Positions 56,747 to 64,000 of a stretch of DNA of 64,000 nt are shown piece after piece. The DNA comes from the human T2T-CHM13v2.0 reference genome, Homo sapiens: NCBI RefSeq assembly GCF_009914755.1, contig NC_060929.1; one strand, 5' to 3'. A program made the translations under genes and the position numbers. The notes below the pieces were generated by a model, which saw only the letters and a program-made list of their open reading frames with translations, was not told the origin of the DNA and searched no databases. How positions within the stretch are numbered: the stretch's first letter is position 1; the number at the start of each line of letters is the position of its first letter.

Positions 56747-58782
56747 GGCAAAGAAACTCACCATGACTTTGTCACCTGAATGAAACAGTGCCACATCTTT
56801 AATATTTCCTCCCAAACCTTCCTTTCCTTTACTTTCCTGTGACTCTCTCTCAGAAGGGATGCATGTCTAAATTCTTTATTTGGTACCCAGAAGTCTTTTA
56901 CAGCTCAGGGTAATAGTGCTCCACAGGAAGATGCAGGATTGCAGGGAGAGCTGTTTGTCTTCTTTTCCAAACTGGGGCCAGAGAAAGGGGAGGTGGGAAG
57001 CTATGCTTGGAGTCAATTTGTCCCATGTTTTCTTTCTAAAAGCATATGGAGGGGAAAATGATTGGTGTTTTAAAGATGTTGGGTCACTTTACTTTCTCAT
57101 GCTATTAGGCCAAGCTGTGACCCTTAGTTTCATCTCCAGATTATCAGACATAAAAGGCCCACAGGAATCCAGAAGCTAGACAGAGCATAGGTATTCCAAT
57201 CTCTCAAGAAAATGGGCAGTAAGAGATTTACTAATAGTATGTTTGCTCACCTGGCATTTAGAAAGTTTAAAAATTCTCCCTCTTAATTGTTCTATTTTGT
57301 TTGTTAATATTGTGTTCAGGTATTTTCTATATCATAGTAGAATCAGCACTATTATCAATTCTTAATTATCTAACAATATTTATTTTGTTCATTACCTGAG
57401 GTCGAATTTTAATTCGGGTTGACTTTTCCCTGAAATTTAGCACAACAAACATCTCAGCTCATTTACCCCCTACAGCTCAAATAGTTTAAGCTCATGGAAG
57501 GCAAACTAATTTTAAAATAAGCAAGGGACTTGAAAGGCAAGCCTTTGCTGCCAAAAAAAAAAAAAAAAAGGAAAGAAAAGAAAAGAACATAATACATTAT
57601 TAGCCAATTGGTATTTCTCTGACATCTGGTACCCCCTATTCTCCAAAACAGCTGCAAACTTGAAATAGCCCCCAAAGGCCTCTGGGAGTGAGCAGTGGTT
57701 CACTTTGGGAAGATCCAACCTTGAAGATTACAGAAGACGTGAGGCAACTGGTTCTTTTTCTAGACAACAGCACACACCTAAGAGAGCAGGACATCTGAAG
57801 GCTATAGAAGCCAGTCCACAATAATGTCAAAACCCAGAATCCCAGGAGACCTAGGACAGAAGGAACTGAAAAAGTGATGAAAAATGGCAACCAACTGGCC
57901 AAAACAGAGGAGCCAGAGCGAAGCCTAGAAATGTTGATGATTCGGGAAAATATAGACTTCCCAAGAGTGAAGACAGGGGACTTATGGGAACCCGGAAGAC
58001 TACCAAGGACAAGTAGCCCCAGCCCAAAGAGAAGAGCAAACTGGAGACGCTCAGTGTTAGCTGCCCTGCCCTGAACACTTCAGGATGGCTGAACGCCTAC
58101 ACATGGTGCTGAAGGAATGAAGGAAGGGCCCTCATTCTAGCTAGATTCTTTTGGCTTTTAGGAACAGAGATCTCTGCATATCAGCTCCTTAGTCTTCCCT
58201 CAATTGACTTTATCTGCCTCACCACAGTGACTGCTTCCTCACAGCTTTGCTTATTTATAGTCCATCATGGACTCTTCAGCCCTGACTTTATGTCACAGAG
58301 GTTTTATTTAGGCTCGGCTTGCAAATCTTTACCTCTTTCCATATTTGGCTTAAATTACTGAGCATCCTATTTGTCCAACTCAACTTTTTAAGCCAGACTG
58401 TAGGTCAATCATCATTGGCCAGCTTGTAGACTGGCTACTTTTGAAACAGGTGCCCATTTTTATTCAATCAGTTGGGAGGAGAGTCACATGCTTCAAAGCA
58501 TAGCTACCCTAGGCCTGCTCATCAGTGGAAATTGTGGCAAACAGATGTTACAAAATGTCTAGGGAGAACTTGAACCACCTAGGATTATTTAGTTTAAAAC
58601 TCTCTGTTTGATAAAAGCAGGAAAATCTGATACAACTTCCAATAAACATTTTACCACTTAAAGGAATAACTTTCAATTATGTAAAAAGTTCACTTATTCT
58701 CAATACCGTATAACTGAGAGGTTACTAGATATTCCCTTTCAGATGATATAGTAGATTGGTAAATATTTTTTCTTTAACCTGA

Positions 58783-59135
<353 letters not shown>

Positions 59136-60094
59136 TAGCTACCTTTTTTAACTGGAATGGTTGAGAGTATTCTTACCGATGCTCCTTATTCCATTTAACC
59201 CACAACTTCTCACAATTACAGGAAACATGACTCATACATTTCTTGGGCCTTTCATGGAATTAAGCTTTGGCATCATGTGCAAGTACTGACTTTAAAAATT
59301 TTCATATCACAGCTAACAAACGTATACATTTGTCCCTGCGTAAAATGGTAAACAGATGGCTCTTCATTCCTACGACAATGATATCATGCTCTTACTAAAA
59401 ACAGGGCCATAGTCTGAAAGCCAATGAGAATGAAGTTGGTATAAACCATTACAACTGGACTGCCTTTCTCCTGCCCCTCTGCCAAACCACATCCACTTAT
59501 CCTTCCAAGCCCAGCCAAATCCCACCTTGTCTGTGAAATTCCTGAGATAATAATGATTAAAAGAACAAGGACAGGGAAGGGCAAGATCCTGGGAAATAGC
59601 CTCTGTGACTAAGAGAGGTTTCTATAGCCAATAATAAAGAGGGAGTGTAGGGAGAAAGGCGTCAGGGAGGAGGCCTCAGCCAGTAGCTGGAACTGGCCAC
59701 ATGAGCAGCTTCAATGGTAGGGGCAGTCTTGGAAGCTCCAAAGAAGGAAGAAAGGCAAATCTCAGTTCCAGTACACTAAAACTGGTGGACACTGGGGACT
59801 CGCAGAGACAGGAGATACTGGTCTAGAATACAAAATCAGAGTGGGAACAACAGAGGGAAGGATGGAATCCTGGCCAAGGAGCAAGGATGGGTAAATGCAG
59901 TGTTCGATGTTTGAAATGGGCTGGGCAGAACTAATGGCAGAGCTTATTTGAGCCTATCTTCCAAGTTTAGCAGAATAGAAGAGCAAAAAATTAAGATATC
60001 GACCGATCTCTCTCTTCTCTGAACTCTTGGGAATTCTTAATGCATAGAAACATACAATTTAATACTACCTTATTCTCACCTTGTCTCTTAATCT

Positions 60095-60600
60095 AATTGG
60101 GTTTTTTTTTTTTTTTTTTTTTTTTTTGGATTGCAAGGGCCACAAACCTATTCAAACTAACTCAAGTTAAAAGGGATGTCAAATGGCAAGACTATAGCAA
60201 GGTCACAGAGAGATTCAGGAAATGCAAAACAATTAAGATCCAGGAAGGGAGAAAGCCAGGAATCTTGAAGACCAGCCACACTTCATTTCCCTCTCTCTTA
60301 TGGACTGCCTATTTCTTTGCATAACTATTTCATCTAGATTTCCGCTTTTCTTTACCTGGTCCATCTGTACTTCTGTTTTCTCAAAACCCCAATGGTCCCA
60401 TCATAGCTACCCAAACCTGACTTCATGACCTCTCATTTGAGCACCCATCACCAATTTGTTGAGTTTCTCTGTTTCCTAAGTGTAAATTCCTTGTTAGGGG
60501 AATATAATTGACATGACTTTTCTTTTCCATAAAGACTCCAAGGCGTGGGCAGCTATCTGTGGGTGGGGTGTTCACCTCAAGTGATCTGGGGGATAAGGCA
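60095..60600 (-). mobile_element. Old MLT1 LTR fragment
   Basis: ggattgcaagggccacaaacctattcaaactaactcaag. Confidence 0.55.
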
Positions 60601-60989
60601 AGTTGAACCCCTTGGTTCTAAACAATGATTTAGGGGAGGAGACCTCTGTGGATTATGAGTAAGGCATATGGGGACACATTTCTAGGACATATTCCCAATA
60701 AGTTGTGAGATTCTGGAGGGCTAGAATAGTGACATGTCTCAGGTACATATATAGTAGAAGCTCCCTTATTCAGCCTCCACTTGGCTGACTCTCCAAATTT
60801 ACTTACGATCTCCATTTCCTCTAGAAAAGTTACTGCTCCATGCCCATGGCATAGAGAAGTCTCTCAGCTAGGAAGTCGCTCTGTGTCTACTTCTTCCCTT
60901 GAGTTACGAGCTTGCCAAGGATCAGCCATGTTTGTAGCCCTATGTCCTTACATCAGTAGTGCTTTCACTTAATAGATAAATTTAGAGCA

Positions 60990-61400
60990 CGTGAATTAAA
61001 AAACTGTTTCTACAAAAACTGATTTGAATGCTGTGAAAAGACACATAAAATTGAACCACACATACACAAAAACTTCATTCTCAAATTAGGTGTGAGAAAG
61101 ACAATTCAAATAACATAGGGGGAAATATACGAAAAATCTGTAAGTCATCCACAGTCAGCTTGCATGAAAACTGTCTTTATGTTGTTGAGTCACTTGAAAG
61201 AAACCAAAACTGGAAATAATAGATTATTCACTATGGATATGATGTATTCCAGAAAGATCATACGGAACTCTTATCAGCTGATCTAGAACCAAAGCACAGG
61301 TCTTAGCTTTCCATGAAAAACTGACAATTGAATTTATATGTATATGTATTTATATGAATTTATATGTTTACATATTAACTTCAGGTATATGTACAATTAA
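60990..61400 (+). mobile_element. Tigger-family fossil with decayed transposase N-terminus
   Basis: Frameshifted conceptual translation STKTDLNAVKR...LGVRKTI...KKPKLEIIDYSLWI...ERSYGTLIS...KAQVLAFHEKL resembles Tigger/CENP-B HTH domains. Confidence 0.7.
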
Positions 61401-61410
61401 AATGTTTTAG

Positions 61411-61654
<244 letters not shown>

Positions 61655-62129
61655 GGTAGTAGTCTTTTTTATTATTATTCTCTTTAGTAGCTGCCAGCCA
61701 TCAGTGCAGTCAGATTAAGCAGGACTTCTGCTGCAATTTTAATCCTTCCTGCCCCTCCCCACTCAGTAACTTGCTTAAGCACCAAATGTATAATAGGCAC
61801 TAACAAACCCCTATTCCTTGACAACCCCAAAGGAGGTAAGCAGCCGAACAACAACAAACACCCTGCGCCCAAATAAGCTTCATGGCCCAATATTCCTCCA
61901 CTGAGCCAACTGTTAGTAATAATGAACTCTAGCCAGTTCACTGTTAATTCCAAGAAAGAAAATAATGTGATCTCTTGCTTTGAATTCATTGTCAAAATAT
62001 TTGGCATGCTTTTAAATATCCCCCTAGACAGTAGGGAACCTGCCCTAAACATTGCCCTACCCCTGGAGATGGGGTAAGCGAAACAACAGAAAAAATGCAG
62101 AATAGTGATATTGCATTCTTTGCCCTGCC

Positions 62130-62290
62130 ATCTAGTGTAATGGGTAAGAGCACAGATCCAGGGGCTGAGGCTCCTTGGCATTAACTTGCACAAGACCTTG
62201 ACAGCTGCTTAATCTTTCTGAGTCTCAGTTTCCTCTTCTGTAAAATGGGTTGTTGTAAGAACTAAATGTAAATGAAGTCATGGATGAATG
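62130..62290 (+). mobile_element. MIR
   Basis: tctgagtctcagtttcctcttctgtaaaatggg. Confidence 0.85.
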
Positions 62291-62559
62291 GCAAGATAAA
62301 GTTTTGTTTTCCCCTCACCCCCTTTTTTTCCTCCTCTAACCACCTGCCCATCAAGGAGATGGGGAGGGTGGAAAACACAGTAAAGAGAAGAAACTGTCCC
62401 TCTAACAATGCCTGGAGTATCTATAGAGCAGTCAACAATAACAAGAAACAGGTATGTGTTATGTTTGCTGCACTCTGAAGAAGAGGAAGGGCCTAAAACC
62501 TCCTCAGCATCTCATTGTAAGGCCCAGAGCAGGAGCGCCTTGAACCTCTTTACCAGAAT

Positions 62560-62780
62560 GCAATCATTCATTCATTCGTGCAGTGAGTGCCATCTAGGTG
62601 CCAGGCATTGATTCTGACACAGCAGTGAACAAAATAAAGTCTCTACTCTCATGGAGCTTACATGACATTCTAGCTGAAGAAAAAACTAAAAGGTTACATG
62701 TGAAACCTATGCACGATACCTGTTACCTAGTAAGTACTCAATAAACACCAGCTATTTTAATTATTATTGTCATTATTATC
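62560..62780. mobile_element. L2 3' end (minus) and MIR tail (plus)
   Basis: cattcattcattc...gtgccaggcattg...ctcatggagcttac; tagtaagtactcaataaa. Confidence 0.75.
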
Positions 62781-63289
62781 AACCTGATTGCAAAATCTAA
62801 TTCAGGATGGTTAAAATATGTCCCTTGACTAGTAGATAAATAGCTAGTTCCTACCCTAAACCTGGATCCATCTTCCATTAGCTTTCTCAGGAGTCAATCC
62901 GGGGATGCCAGTGCCTCTCCAAAGCACACAACTCCTCATTTTAGGGTTTTTTCCTCCCTTACCTTCCTACCTGTTTTCGGAAATCGGCACCATTTCGCAG
63001 CTCTCCAGAGGTTAGGAATGGAAGCAGGGGAAGTCAAAGCTGCAATGGTCTATTAAAGTGTGAATAACTGATGCCCCACCTCTCATCCTATTCAAGCAGT
63101 AAAAGACAGCCACCCTCTGCAAGGGTCTCCAGCTCTATGCACATGTATGAGCACAAGGAAGGGCCCGTGAGCTCATAGGCACAGCAGGCTAATCTGGGAT
63201 TGCCTATTTCCTGCCAGCAGGTTTCCCCCTGGGGCCCACCCAGGCCACTCTCTTTAAAACTGGAATCCCCACACACTCATGCTGTTAGC

Positions 63290-63470
63290 TTGCTCTGTTT
63301 TTTAAAAATTACCTTCCAATATGTAATTCACTTATTTATTATGTTTGTTCTTTATTTTCTCTTTCCTCCATGATAATGTCAGTTCTTATGAGGGCAAAGA
63401 TGTCTGTCAATTAGAACAATGTTTGTAACATATTAGGCACTTGGTAAATATTTGTTGAAGGAATGCATGA
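63290..63470 (+). mobile_element. L2 3' end
   Basis: tgagggcaaaga...taggcacttggtaaatatttgttgaaggaatg. Confidence 0.75.
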
Positions 63471-63539
63471 AAACCTCAGAGGAAAACGCTTTTTATCAAT
63501 CCTGGTAGGGCTTTGTGGCACTTAACAAATGCTCCAAAA

Positions 63540-64000
63540 AGCCCTTCTCCCCGGCTGACGGGGCCGAGGCAGCAACCTGAGAGCAATGCCCCTTCTGCTT
63601 TCTGGGATTTGGGCTGTGTTGCCTGTTTGTCTTGTTTCTATTCTTTTAATCGCTCCCTTCCTGGGTTTTATATTGCACGCCCGGTCTTCCAGCGTCATGG
63701 TTACTGTAGTAAACAAACTGAAGGTCTGAATGCATCTTTTTCTCCCCCTGTAGCATGAAGAGCAGTTCGCGGTATCCGGTAGATAGGAAGCACAAATAGG
63801 TAATGAAACGGGGATTTGAAAGCGCCACCTTCAGTTGTAAGATCTAAGGGTGGACTGCGCGAGCTGAGGCCGGCAGAGCTGCGTGCAGGGCCGCTTTCCT
63901 GGGCCTCCTTCGCCTAGACAAGCAGGGCAGGGGTGAGGACAAAGGAGGGAAAAGGAGGGGAGCACGAGCTCTCTCCTTCCCTCCAGCCCCCACGTTAACT
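63540..64000. promoter_or_regulatory. CpG-rich edge of a probable CpG island/promoter continuing past the window
   Basis: CpG and GC content rise steadily (ttcgcgg, tgcgcgag, gccggc, tgcgtg, gccgc, ttcgcc, cacgag) in non-Alu DNA. Confidence 0.6.

Noticed and set aside
61684-62193. 169-aa minus-strand ORF
   Set aside because: It begins inside a MIR with a non-ATG start and has no recognisable homology or exon structure.

Overview
Primate (human-like) non-coding genomic DNA, rich in repeats: Alu, L1, L2, MIR, MaLR/ERV LTRs and hAT/Tigger/MADE1 fossils. I found no credible protein-coding exon; the listed ORFs are Alu/L1-derived or chance. The main hidden structure is an ancient direct duplication spanning most of the window. 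Copy A (~750-24,680) and copy B (~36,850-63,875) share about 20 colinear, same-strand anchors in unique sequence and one old L1ME junction, but are heavily diverged and carry different later insertions. Inside this decayed duplication is a sharply bounded 746-bp twin element (16,374-17,119 / 48,372-49,117) that is about 92% identical, about 97% in its centre, with CpGs kept in both copies. This suggests gene conversion and/or strong constraint on a duplicated regulatory element. Copy B runs into a CpG-rich, promoter-like region at the right edge. Its copy-A counterpart is CpG-depleted and is followed by a candidate first exon and a poly(A)-bearing terminal exon (25.2-26.7 kb), possibly a relic duplicated promoter driving a short lncRNA. 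All alignments and subfamily calls were made by eye and need computational confirmation. I could not identify the locus.
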